A stretch of DNA of 64,000 nucleotides from Thermodesulfobacteriota bacterium (GTDB taxonomy: Bacteria; Desulfobacterota_D; UBA1144; Nemesobacterales; UBA2774): assembly GCA_965216785.1 (NCBI GenBank), contig OZ244197.1, positions 2,912,001 through 2,976,000 of the forward strand, given 5' to 3'. Shown here piece by piece: positions 43,511 to 52,913 of this stretch (positions within the stretch are counted from its first letter, which is position 1; every line of letters begins with the position of its first letter). The translations under genes were made by a program, and so were the position numbers. A model generated the notes under the pieces. That model searched no databases, was not told the DNA's origin, and worked only from the letters and a program-made list of their open reading frames with translations.

Positions 43511-44005
43511 ATGAAGAATCTATTAATTACCGCATTAGTTTTAACGGCTTTTATTATTTCTTTCCCGATGGTGAGTCAGGCCAAGAAGTACGGAGGCGGC
43601 CACGGCTATAAAGGCGGTCATGGCTACAAGGGGGGCTACGGGTACAAAGGCGGCGGTTATAAGGGTGGCCATGGGTATAAAGGCGGTCATGGCTACAGAG
43701 GCAGCCGCGGATACAAAGGCCATGGGTATAAGGGTAGTTATGGTTACAGAGGTAGCCGAAGCTATAAGGGCTATGGATACAAGGGCGGTTACGGCTACAG
43801 GGGCCATGGATATAAAGGCCACGGCTACAAAAGAGGCTACGGGCACGGATATAGGGGCGGACATTACTACGGTAGAGGCTACTACAGACCTTACTACTAC
43901 AGACCCTACTACCCCGTTTACTATGCTCCCTACTACTACAGACCCTACTACCCCGTTTATCCGGTATTCCCGTTCGCTATAAACTTCGGTTTCGTATTTC
44001 ATTAA
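43511..44005 (+). CDS. Secreted Gly/Tyr/His/Lys-rich repeat protein
   Basis: GGAG RBS, signal peptide ending SQA, GGHGYK-type repeats then YYRPYY repeats. Confidence 0.8.
   Translation: MKNLLITALVLTAFIISFPMVSQAKKYGGGHGYKGGHGYKGGYGYKGGGYKGGHGYKGGHGYRGSRGYKGHGYKGSYGYRGSRSYKGYGYKGGYGYRGHGYKGHGYKRGYGHGYRGGHYYGRGYYRPYYYRPYYPVYYAPYYYRPYYPVYPVFPFAINFGFVFH
43583..43966 (+). repeat. Degenerate coding tandem repeat (~15-18 bp unit)
   Basis: ggcggccacggctataaa / ggcggtcatggctacaag variants with synonymous third-position variation; later tactactacagaccc repeats. Confidence 0.8.
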
Positions 44006-44123
44006 TCCGGCCATTTGGCTAGGGCACATAAGTCTGTCGTAAAACCACTTTTGTTGAGTATGGCGCACAATCTGGTAGTCTGAATTGCTGATTTTATATA
44101 CCAAACGGCAACTCGGAACATTC

Positions 44124-44774
44124 ATGATAAAAGCGATAATATTCGACATGGACGGGGTGATGATTGACAGCGAGCCTCTGTGGGAAAAAACCGAAAGAAT
44201 TCTTCTTGCGCGCCGTGAGATAGAGTACAGCCCCGACTATAGAGACAAAATTGTAGGACTAAATCAAAACGACTCCGGAAGATTAATGATCTCTACTTTT
44301 AAGCTTTCCGAGAGTGTAGAAGAAATAATAGCGGAAAGGGTCGAAATCCTAACCTCAATATATAAAAATGAGCTCGAGACTGTCCAAGGCCTGGTCCCTC
44401 TCCTTGATGACCTTAATGAGCGCAACTATCCTCTTGCGGTTGCTTCAAGCTCACCTATGCGCGTTATCAATTTTGTATTGGACATGTTCGCTTTAAACGA
44501 ATATTTCTCTGTAGTCGTGTCCGGTGAGTGTACGGATAACGGGAAGCCTCACCCGGATATATACCTTGAGACCGCAAGGCTCCTCGGTGTAGAGCCTCAC
44601 GAGTGCGTTGCTATCGAAGATTCCATAAACGGGGTTTTATCTGCAAAAGCCGCGGGAATGACCTGTATTGCCGTACCCGACAAAAGACTAACTCCGGACA
44701 GGTTTGAGAGCGCAGATCACATATGTGAGAGCCTCGGCCAGATAAATCTCAATCTAATAAGAGACCTTAACTGA
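44124..44774 (+). CDS. HAD-family phosphatase
   Basis: MIKAIIFDMDGV, GKPHPDIY, IEDS..GV..AKAAGM; ATG at 44124 preferred. Confidence 0.9.
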   Translation: MIKAIIFDMDGVMIDSEPLWEKTERILLARREIEYSPDYRDKIVGLNQNDSGRLMISTFKLSESVEEIIAERVEILTSIYKNELETVQGLVPLLDDLNERNYPLAVASSSPMRVINFVLDMFALNEYFSVVVSGECTDNGKPHPDIYLETARLLGVEPHECVAIEDSINGVLSAKAAGMTCIAVPDKRLTPDRFESADHICESLGQINLNLIRDLN

Positions 44775-44789
44775 GCTCCAGCTCACTTT

Positions 44790-45116
44790 TTAATCGGCAA
44801 ATGCCAAATAGCCCGGAACAATTAAGCCGACCACAGGGATAATCCACACAATGCCCAGCCAGTTGGGTTTGCCCCTGAGCTCCGCGATCTTCATACCCAC
44901 TATAATGAATACGACTATATTTACGAGCGGTATGAGAAAGAGGATTATCCACCACCCGGGTTTGTCAGCTATTTTACACATGAGATAAAGATTAAGTATC
45001 GGCACCCATGCAAACCACGAGTTCTCAGTGCTCGTCTTTTCCGCTATTACCTGCAAGCTGTAGGCTAAATATACGTAGAAAGCTATAAATACAATTACGC
45101 TGAAAAGGTTATCCAT
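44790..45116 (-). CDS. Small membrane protein, DUF5684-like
   Basis: W.AWVPILNLY, KPGWWIIL.LIP.VN pattern; GGAGG RBS; TTGACA-N18-GATAAT at 45148-45177. Confidence 0.75.
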   Translation of the reverse strand: MDNLFSVIVFIAFYVYLAYSLQVIAEKTSTENSWFAWVPILNLYLMCKIADKPGWWIILFLIPLVNIVVFIIVGMKIAELRGKPNWLGIVWIIPVVGLIVPGYLAFAD

Positions 45117-45196
45117 CAGAATTACCCTCCATTAAGTTAGTTAACCAATTATCGCCCCAGTGTATGCTTACTGTCAACACATGAAATGTGTTGCGT

Positions 45197-46192
45197 CTAT
45201 TTCCTACCGCTTGTTGGAGGCGCCATAAACTCAGGCCCTACGGGGTCTTTTATTGTCTCCGTGAGTATTTTATCTATCTGAGCCAGGGCGTCCTGATCCA
45301 GCTCCCAGCCGAACATCTGCTCTATAGGGTCGAGTTGTGAGGGCCGCCTCGCGCCCCATAGCGCAATATGACCCCGGGCAGTGTCGAGCACCCAGCGCAT
45401 AGCCAGGTGAATTACCCTTTTACCGTAGTTTTCCTGTGCAAACTCATCTAATTTCTGAACAGCGCTTAAATACTGCTCAAACCTCGGCTGCTGGAATTTC
45501 GGGTCTACTTTTCTAATATCGTCCCCCTCAAACGTCGTATCAGCCCTCATCCTACCACTCAGGAGTCCCCTGCATATCGCGCCGTAAAGAAGCATAGTAA
45601 TACCGTGTGTGTTGCAGTAGGGCATTATCTCGTCCTCTATCTCTCTCTCGAACATGTTATATGGGGGCTGTGAGGTATGGAGCGGGGAGCTTGTGCGAAA
45701 GATATCTTTCTGCGCCCCGGTGTAGTTGCTCACGCCTATAGCCTTTATCTTACCTTCGTCGTGGAGCTCTTTCATCGCTTGAGCAGTCTCTTCAATGGGT
45801 GTTTCGTAATCTGGCCAATGTATCTGGTATATGTCTATATAATCCGTTCTGAGTCGTTTGAGCGAGTCTTCTACCTCTTTTCTTAATCGCTCACGCTCTG
45901 AGTTCCTGAACACTTTGCCCGAAGTCCAGTCAAGCCCGCCCTTAGTTGCAATAATTATCTTATCCCTCCCGCCGTGTTCCTCTACGGCCTTGCCCACTAT
46001 TTCCTCAGAGCGTCCGAAGCCGTATATGGCGGCCGTGTCTATTAAATTAATGCCGTGATCGAGCGCCGCGTGAATTGTATCTATAGACTCGCGCTCTTCG
46101 CTTCCGCCCCATAGCCAGCCACCGATTGCCCAGGCCCCCAGCCCTACCCTCGACGATTCTATATTGGTTCCTTTTATCTTTACAAATTCCAT
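45197..46192 (-). CDS. Aldo/keto reductase (AKR11/YhdN-like)
   Basis: IDTAAIYGFGRSE, ATKGG, DIYQIHWP, IGVSN. Confidence 0.93.
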   Translation of the reverse strand: MEFVKIKGTNIESSRVGLGAWAIGGWLWGGSEERESIDTIHAALDHGINLIDTAAIYGFGRSEEIVGKAVEEHGGRDKIIIATKGGLDWTSGKVFRNSERERLRKEVEDSLKRLRTDYIDIYQIHWPDYETPIEETAQAMKELHDEGKIKAIGVSNYTGAQKDIFRTSSPLHTSQPPYNMFEREIEDEIMPYCNTHGITMLLYGAICRGLLSGRMRADTTFEGDDIRKVDPKFQQPRFEQYLSAVQKLDEFAQENYGKRVIHLAMRWVLDTARGHIALWGARRPSQLDPIEQMFGWELDQDALAQIDKILTETIKDPVGPEFMAPPTSGRK

Positions 46193-46350
46193 TTCATACC
46201 TCCTGAGTGTAAAGAACGAGTTTCATTATCATTATACAGGTCATCAAAAATATACCATTTCGACTGTCCGAAGAAACGGTAAGTTCTGAGCTTCTAGAGT
46301 AAAAATTGTTTGACTTGGCTAATTTGAGCTATAATATATGAAAGGTAATC

Positions 46351-46740
46351 ATGAGATATTTACATCTATTCCTGATATTTAATATAATTGTCTGCTACGC
46401 TGGTGTATGCGGAGATACGGCCCATTCCGTAACACTTTCAGGCAGTGCTGCCGAGAGCTGCCATGGTACCGGCCACGAAATGACCGGGGCGGACGCTAAT
46501 GATATAGCTCTAAACGGCAGCGGGCGAGAAAGTGCACAAGACTCCCCATGCTGTCTTGATTACATTACGAGCTCATCTTCCGGCGAATATTCAAGCTCGG
46601 TATTCACAATTACAGAAATATTGCCTCTTATAGAGTTTCACTCAACCAACTTAGCCACAAAAGAAATAACACAGGATCAACTACTAAGAGGTCACGATCC
46701 GCCCGATTTACAAGTTACTTACTCGACCTTCCTTCTATAA
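46351..46740 (+). CDS. Hypothetical Cys/His-containing protein with N-terminal signal/TM and C-terminal PP motif, upstream of cusC
   Basis: AAGG RBS, TATAAT at 46330-46335; motifs SCHGTGHEM, PCC, RGHDPPDLQVTYSTFLL. Confidence 0.72.
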   Translation: MRYLHLFLIFNIIVCYAGVCGDTAHSVTLSGSAAESCHGTGHEMTGADANDIALNGSGRESAQDSPCCLDYITSSSSGEYSSSVFTITEILPLIEFHSTNLATKEITQDQLLRGHDPPDLQVTYSTFLL

Positions 46741-46865
46741 TAATCATTTCATAGACCGCTGATACCGCCTGATTCACTTTCCTCAGGCGGACGGTATTCC
46801 TTCGTCATAACAACCATTGTTTTAAAGTCATACAGGGAATAAATCCCTTTGACCGGAGGTAAGAA

Positions 46866-48185
46866 ATGAAAACTGTCACGTACGCACTTGCATTATTATT
46901 ACTTTTTTCTTTTAGTATCTGCGCTCAAGAGACCGAGAGCCTGAATTCGCTTATAGAGGAAGCGCTTTCGAATAATCCTCGGATAAAAGCTGCCAGGGCC
47001 GGGGCCGAATCGTCGGCGAACCGCCCCTCACAGGAGGGCTCTCTGCCTAACCCGATTATCGGGGGCAGGATTAAAAATGTGAGCTTTTCCGAATTCACAC
47101 TAGGAGAGGATCCGCGCTCAGACATTCAGGCTTTTATTGCGCAGGAAATACCGTTCCCCGGCAAGCTCAGGGCTAAAGAGAGGATCGCGACGGAGGAGGC
47201 CGAGTCAAGGAGGTGGCTATCTGACTCAGTATCCAGAAAGGTCGTAAGAGAGCTGAAGCAAGCCTACTATGAGTGGTCTTTTATCGAGCAATCGATAGAA
47301 ATAACTGAGAGGAATAAGGAGCTGCTTAAAAAATTCGTAAGGATAGCCGAGGCAAAATATGAGGTCGGCTCCGGCATCCAGCAGGACGTAATCAGGGCTC
47401 AGGTAGAGGTATCGGGGTTTATAGAGAGGCTCGAGCTTCTGAAACAGAAAAAAGAGATAATAGAAGCAAGGATAAAGAAGATACTGAACCGCCCTCAGGA
47501 CTCTCCGCTTAATAGACCCGAGGAGCTGTTAAAACCCGTTATTGGCGCTACACTCGAACAAATAACCGATGCGGCATCCCTTTATTCCCCCGATCTGAAA
47601 TCCTCCCAAGATTTAATAGAGAGTAGAAAGGAGGCCTTGAAGCTGGCAGAGAAGGAGTACCTGCCCGATTTTATACTCGGAGCTACATACTTTAACCGTG
47701 ACGGCGGCAGTGGTGACCTGGATGATATCTGGGAAGTTAGCCTCGGGCTCAGGGTTCCCCTTTATTTCTGGAGAAAAGAGAGGTTCGGCGTTCAGGAGGC
47801 GGCGCTCGATATTTCAGAGGCAAATGAGAACTACGAGGCTATCAAAAACGATGTGCTGTTTGCTATAAAGGACAGTTTCATTTCCGCCAGAACGGCAGAG
47901 AAGCTCACGGATCTGTATAGAGAGGGAATAATACCTCAATCAACACTTTCATTAGAGTCCGCTATATCCGCTTACCAGGTTGGAGAGGTGGATTTCCTTA
48001 CCCTCCTCAATAACCTGGTAACGCTCTTTAATTTCGAGCTTGAATACTTTGAGCAGCTAGCGGCACTCAATACTTCACTTGCCAGGATCGAGGAGGTTTC
48101 AGGGCTCGATTTAACAGGACAACGAACAATTGATCCTGATCAGAATATCGGCAGTACACAGGAAACAGGAGAGAAAAATGACTGA
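46866..48185 (+). CDS. TolC-family outer membrane efflux protein (CusC role)
   Basis: Signal peptide, ALSNNP, QEIPFPGKL, YQVGEVDFL.LL; first gene of the OMF-MFP-RND triad. Confidence 0.9.
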   Translation: MKTVTYALALLLLFSFSICAQETESLNSLIEEALSNNPRIKAARAGAESSANRPSQEGSLPNPIIGGRIKNVSFSEFTLGEDPRSDIQAFIAQEIPFPGKLRAKERIATEEAESRRWLSDSVSRKVVRELKQAYYEWSFIEQSIEITERNKELLKKFVRIAEAKYEVGSGIQQDVIRAQVEVSGFIERLELLKQKKEIIEARIKKILNRPQDSPLNRPEELLKPVIGATLEQITDAASLYSPDLKSSQDLIESRKEALKLAEKEYLPDFILGATYFNRDGGSGDLDDIWEVSLGLRVPLYFWRKERFGVQEAALDISEANENYEAIKNDVLFAIKDSFISARTAEKLTDLYREGIIPQSTLSLESAISAYQVGEVDFLTLLNNLVTLFNFELEYFEQLAALNTSLARIEEVSGLDLTGQRTIDPDQNIGSTQETGEKND

Positions 48186-49653
48186 GACAGAAAAGAAAAA
48201 TAGATACAGATGGGCGGGAATACTCGCCTTTCTAATAATCATTGTAATTGGTCTCTATAGATTCGGCCCAGATATTCCGCTTGTAAACAAGCTGCCGTTA
48301 TTTTCAGAGCCTCATGAGCATAGCTTAAGACCTGTGTTCGATGAGGAGGGGGACATAGAGTACTGGACCTGTACTATGCACCCCTCCGTGCGTATGAAAG
48401 ACCCCGGTAAGTGCCCGATCTGTGGTATGGAAACCGTACCGGTTAAGTCTGCGCCGTCAGAGGAGGAAGCTGCCGGTAATGATGATATGGCAGACATGGA
48501 AGGCCACGACCACTCGGCTATGGGTGTTAGAAAAGGCTCTCAAGGTGATAGCGGTAAGTCGGTTTTTCAGGTGAGCCCCGACCGCCAGCAATTAATCGGC
48601 GTAAAGACGTCCAAAGTTATAAAGAGAAACTTGGATAAGGAAATTAGGACTGTCGGTACGGTGGTGTTGGATGAGAGTAAGATCTATAACGTACAAACAA
48701 GGATTACCGGATGGATAGAGAAGGTATACGCGGATTTCACATGGCAGCACGTGAGAGCCGGGGACCCGCTTTTCTCAATTTACAGCCCGGAGCTGGTGTC
48801 AGCCCAGGAAGAGTATCTGCTCGCTCTAAAATCCGAGGACATACTGAGCGATAGCAGCTTCAGCGATATCTCCGGTGGAGCCCGCTCACTATTAAAAGCA
48901 TCACGCAAGAGACTAAAGCTATGGGGGGTAACAGACGCCCAGATAAGGGAGATAGAAAACAAAGGAGCGTCCATAGAGAGTTTAGTTATATATTCCCCCG
49001 TCACGGGTCACGTGGCTGAGAAAAACGCGTACGAAAATATGTTTGTCGAGCCCAATACGCTTCTCTATAAGATCGCCGATCACACGACTGCCTGGGTACA
49101 GGTAGATATCTATGAAAACGAGATATCCCAGGTAAAACTGGGACAGCCTGCAGTGATGACGCTTCAGTCTTATCCGGGCGAGGAATTTAAAGGTGAAGTC
49201 ACTTTTATCTGGCCCCACCTTGACCACGAGTCAAGGACAGTAAAGGTCAGGCTCGAGTTCCCTAACCCTGATCTCAAGCTCCTACCTCAGATGTATGCTA
49301 ACGTCGATCTTCTTATACCGCTCGGTGAAATGTTGACGGTTCCCGAGAGCGCTGTGCTCAGGACAGGCAAAAAAGACCTGGTCTTCGTTGATCTGGGGAA
49401 AGGGAACATAGAGATCAAAAGAGTACAGCTCGGACAGAAAGCGGGCGGTTATTATGAAGTGCTGAGGGGTCTTCGTGAAGGCGAAAAGGTAGTAACAAGA
49501 GCCAATTTCCTCATCGATTCCGAAAGCCAGGTCCAGGCGGCTGTTGCTACCTGGGGGGATGAAGACACAACGAAAAGAGAGGACCTCGAGCGTGAGTTAC
49601 CTCGTGAAAAGGAACCCGGAATTCAGGAACAAAATGAAGCTCAGACTAAATAA
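48178..49653 (+). CDS. cusB: CusB-type RND periplasmic adaptor with heavy-metal-binding domain
   Basis: YWTCTMHP...PGKCPICGM, MADMEGHDHSAM, YSPELVSAQEEYL, NFLIDSES; ATG at 48178 overlaps the upstream stop. Confidence 0.92.
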   Translation: MTETEKKNRYRWAGILAFLIIIVIGLYRFGPDIPLVNKLPLFSEPHEHSLRPVFDEEGDIEYWTCTMHPSVRMKDPGKCPICGMETVPVKSAPSEEEAAGNDDMADMEGHDHSAMGVRKGSQGDSGKSVFQVSPDRQQLIGVKTSKVIKRNLDKEIRTVGTVVLDESKIYNVQTRITGWIEKVYADFTWQHVRAGDPLFSIYSPELVSAQEEYLLALKSEDILSDSSFSDISGGARSLLKASRKRLKLWGVTDAQIREIENKGASIESLVIYSPVTGHVAEKNAYENMFVEPNTLLYKIADHTTAWVQVDIYENEISQVKLGQPAVMTLQSYPGEEFKGEVTFIWPHLDHESRTVKVRLEFPNPDLKLLPQMYANVDLLIPLGEMLTVPESAVLRTGKKDLVFVDLGKGNIEIKRVQLGQKAGGYYEVLRGLREGEKVVTRANFLIDSESQVQAAVATWGDEDTTKREDLERELPREKEPGIQEQNEAQTK

Positions 49654-49698
49654 ATCAAAATACTATGCGGACTGATCAGCTTAAAACCGGAGAACGGC

Positions 49699-52600
49699 AT
49701 GATAGAAAAAATAATTGAGTACAGTGCGAAAAATAAATTTCTGACGATAGCGCTTGTTCTGTTCCTGGCGGCTTGGGGGTTTTGGGCTATGAAAAATACC
49801 CCCCTTGACGCTATACCTGATCTCTCTGACGTTCAGGTTATAGTGTTCACCGATTGGCCCGGCAGAAGCCCCGACCTGGTGGAGGATCAGATCACCTACC
49901 CTATCGTTACAACCATGATCGCGGCCCCGAATGTAAAATTCGTCCGCGGCCAGTCTTTTTTCGGCCTCTCGTTCGTATACGTGATATTCGAGGACGGAAC
50001 CGACATCTATTGGGCAAGGAGCAGAATACTAGAGTACCTAAACGAGGTTTCGGGCAAGCTGCCAAAGGGAGTCACTCCCACTCTCGGGCCCGACGCGACC
50101 GGTGTAGGATGGGTATTTCAGTATGCGCTCGTAGATAAGTCCGGCAATAATGATCTTTCCGAGCTCAGAACGTTCCAGGACTGGTACCTTAGGTACTGGC
50201 TTGAATCTGTCCCTGGGGTTGCGGAAGTCGCTAGCGTAGGCGGGTTTGAGAAGCAGTACCAGGTGGAGATCGACCCCAATAAGCTCGTTGCCTATAACCT
50301 GGCTCTTCAAGATGTAATCAACGCTATAAGGAGGAGTAATAACGACGTTGGCGGAAGGGTCGTTGAGTTTGCGGCAACAGAGTATTTTGTCAGAGGAAAG
50401 GGATACATAAAATCCATAGAAGATATAGAGATGATCCCTGTTAATGCTACGAGTAACGGAACTCCCGTATACATAAGGGACATAGCCAACGTGCAGATCG
50501 GACCTGACATTAGGCGGGGACTAGCAGAGCTCGACGGACAGGGTGAAACAGTTGGCGGAATAGTTGTGATGCGCTACGGAGAAAACGCTCTAAAAGTAAT
50601 CGATGGGGTTAAGAAAAAGCTTGAAGAAATTAAGCCCTCACTTCCCGAGGGAGTTGAGATCGTAACGACATACGACCGCTCGGGTCTTATTCAGGATGCG
50701 ATCGGTACACTCAAACAAAAGCTTTTCGAAGAGGGATTGATCGTTAGTATTGTCATTATCATATTCCTATTTCATTTCAGAAGCGCGGTAACGCCGATAC
50801 TAACCATCCCGCTCGCCGTGCTTATGGCCTTTATTCCGCTCTATTACATGAATTTAAGCTCAAATATAATGTCTCTCGGGGGGATTGCTATCGCTATAGG
50901 CGTCATGGTAGACGCTTCAATCGTGCTTGTTGAAAACGTGCATAAGAGGCTTGAGAAGTGGCAGGACGGGGGAGAGGAAGGAAGCCGTTCAAACATAGTT
51001 ATAGAGGCGATGAAAGAAGTGGGAAAGCCTATATTCTTCGCCATTTTGGTAATAACCGTATCTTTTCTGCCGGTGTTTACGCTCGAGGCTCAGGAGGGGA
51101 GGCTCTTTAAACCCCTTGCCTATACCAAAACATTTTCCATGTTGTTTTCCGCGCTCCTTGCCGTAACCCTTACTCCCGCGCTGATAATGTTACTTGTAAG
51201 AGGCAGAGTTAGGGCAGAGGAAAAAAACCCTGTAAACCGTTTTCTGATAAAGCTCTATCACCCCTTTGTGGATTTCGCTCTTAAATACAAAAAGAGCGTT
51301 ATAGCCGGAGCGGCAGTAGTTCTCCTTGTAAGTATTATTCCCTTTTTGAGACTAGGCTCGGAATTTATGCCGCCACTAAACGAAGGCACAATACTATTTA
51401 TGCCTACCGCTGTTCCCGGTATTTCGATTACGGAGTCCGCCAAGATTCTGCATACGCAAGACAAAATGCTTAAAAAGTTCCCGGAAGTGGAAACCGTGTT
51501 CGGCAAGATCGGACGCTCCACTTCGGCTACAGATTCCGCCCCTCTCAGCATGGTCGAGACCGTCGTCACGCTAAAACCCAAGTCGGAGTGGCGTAAGGGA
51601 ATGACCTGGGAAAAGCTTATAGAGGAAATGAACCGGGAAATGAAGTTCCCCGGAATGTCTAATATTTTCTGGATGCCTATACAGACCAGAACCGAGATGC
51701 TTTCAACTGGATTCAGAAGCAATCTCGGAATAAAAGTATTCGGGCCCGATCTTGAGAAAATCGAAGAGCTGGGGTTGGAGATAGAAAAAGCTCTGTCGGA
51801 GCTTCCCGGCACCCGAAGCGCCTTCGCCGAGAGGGTCACGGGGGGCTATTTCCTGGATTTTGATATCGACCGCGCTCAAGCCGCGAGATACGGCCTTACG
51901 GTGGGAGACGTGGAAGACGTAATAGAGACCGCAATAGGAGGGAAAAACATTTCTCAAACCGTAGAGGGTCAGGAGCGCTTCCCCATAAACGTCAGGTATC
52001 AAAGGGGTCTCAGGGGGGATTTAGAGGAGCTGGAGCGGGTGCTCGTACCAACACCGGGCGGGGCCCAGGTTCCTATATCGCTTTTAGCTGACATAAGCTT
52101 TACAACCGGACCGCCCCAGATTAGAAACGAGAACGGACAAAAAGTGGGATACGTGTTCGTCGACGTACAGGGTAAGGACTATGAGGGTTATGTGAATAAA
52201 GCTAAAGAAGTTATCGGTGAACAGATAGATTTACCACCCGGTTATTTTCTAGAATGGGCCGGACAATATGAGTATCTACAGAGGGTCAAGGAACGATTGA
52301 AGATCATGGTCCCGTTGACGCTAGTACTGATATTTTTACTTCTTTACATGAATTTCAGATCCGTGACTGAGACTTTAATTATTCTTCTCTCGGTTCCATT
52401 TGCGCTAGTTGGAAGTGTATGGCTTCTGTATCTCCTGGGTTACAATCTGAGTATCGCCGTATGGGTGGGTATGATTGCGCTTGCGGGTCTGGCCGCGCAA
52501 ACAGGGGTAGTCATGATTATCTATCTGGACGAGGTACGAGACAGATGGATTTCTGAAGGAAAGCTTAAAAGTATTAAGGATCTAAAGGAAACCATCATTG

Positions 52601-52821
52601 AGGGCGCCGTTATGAGGGTAAGGCCTAAAATGATGACCGTAATGTCAACCACATTGGGACTCATGCCTCTAATGTGGAGTGTGGGCACGGGCTCGGATGT
52701 GATGAAAAGGATAGCAGCGCCAATGGTAGGGGGTCTTATCACCTCAACAATACTTACGCTTTTCATAATACCGGCAGTCTATTTTATATGGCAGGGACGC
52801 AAACTTGGAGACGAACGCTAA
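49699..52821 (+). CDS. cusA: CusA/SilA-type Cu(I)/Ag(I) RND efflux pump
   Basis: PLDAIPDLSDVQVI, LGPDATGVGWV, Met triad contexts LFMP / APLSMVET / TEMLSTG, RVRPKMMT. Confidence 0.96.
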   Translation: MIEKIIEYSAKNKFLTIALVLFLAAWGFWAMKNTPLDAIPDLSDVQVIVFTDWPGRSPDLVEDQITYPIVTTMIAAPNVKFVRGQSFFGLSFVYVIFEDGTDIYWARSRILEYLNEVSGKLPKGVTPTLGPDATGVGWVFQYALVDKSGNNDLSELRTFQDWYLRYWLESVPGVAEVASVGGFEKQYQVEIDPNKLVAYNLALQDVINAIRRSNNDVGGRVVEFAATEYFVRGKGYIKSIEDIEMIPVNATSNGTPVYIRDIANVQIGPDIRRGLAELDGQGETVGGIVVMRYGENALKVIDGVKKKLEEIKPSLPEGVEIVTTYDRSGLIQDAIGTLKQKLFEEGLIVSIVIIIFLFHFRSAVTPILTIPLAVLMAFIPLYYMNLSSNIMSLGGIAIAIGVMVDASIVLVENVHKRLEKWQDGGEEGSRSNIVIEAMKEVGKPIFFAILVITVSFLPVFTLEAQEGRLFKPLAYTKTFSMLFSALLAVTLTPALIMLLVRGRVRAEEKNPVNRFLIKLYHPFVDFALKYKKSVIAGAAVVLLVSIIPFLRLGSEFMPPLNEGTILFMPTAVPGISITESAKILHTQDKMLKKFPEVETVFGKIGRSTSATDSAPLSMVETVVTLKPKSEWRKGMTWEKLIEEMNREMKFPGMSNIFWMPIQTRTEMLSTGFRSNLGIKVFGPDLEKIEELGLEIEKALSELPGTRSAFAERVTGGYFLDFDIDRAQAARYGLTVGDVEDVIETAIGGKNISQTVEGQERFPINVRYQRGLRGDLEELERVLVPTPGGAQVPISLLADISFTTGPPQIRNENGQKVGYVFVDVQGKDYEGYVNKAKEVIGEQIDLPPGYFLEWAGQYEYLQRVKERLKIMVPLTLVLIFLLLYMNFRSVTETLIILLSVPFALVGSVWLLYLLGYNLSIAVWVGMIALAGLAAQTGVVMIIYLDEVRDRWISEGKLKSIKDLKETIIEGAVMRVRPKMMTVMSTTLGLMPLMWSVGTGSDVMKRIAAPMVGGLITSTILTLFIIPAVYFIWQGRKLGDER

Positions 52822-52913
52822 AATTTAGTAAATATTTAAGTTTATGCATTGCAATTTGACGCCATAATAGGCTATTGTAATAGTGAGAGCAGAATTTACA
52901 AGGAGGTGTGGAA

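Noticed and set aside
43583-43966. Tandem repeats as a possible CRISPR array
   Set aside because: No invariant repeat with unique spacers and no cas genes; the repeats are protein-coding.
43541-44149. 202-aa minus-strand ORF and 120-aa alternate-frame ORF (43620-43982)
   Set aside because: By-products of the GGHGYK repeat; the 43511 frame has the RBS, signal peptide and synonymous-variation pattern.
51258-51839. Long antisense ORFs inside cusA, rpoB, rpoC, pyrC and pnp
   Set aside because: Ser/Ile/Pro-rich translations typical of the reverse frame of conserved genes, with no motifs or RBS.
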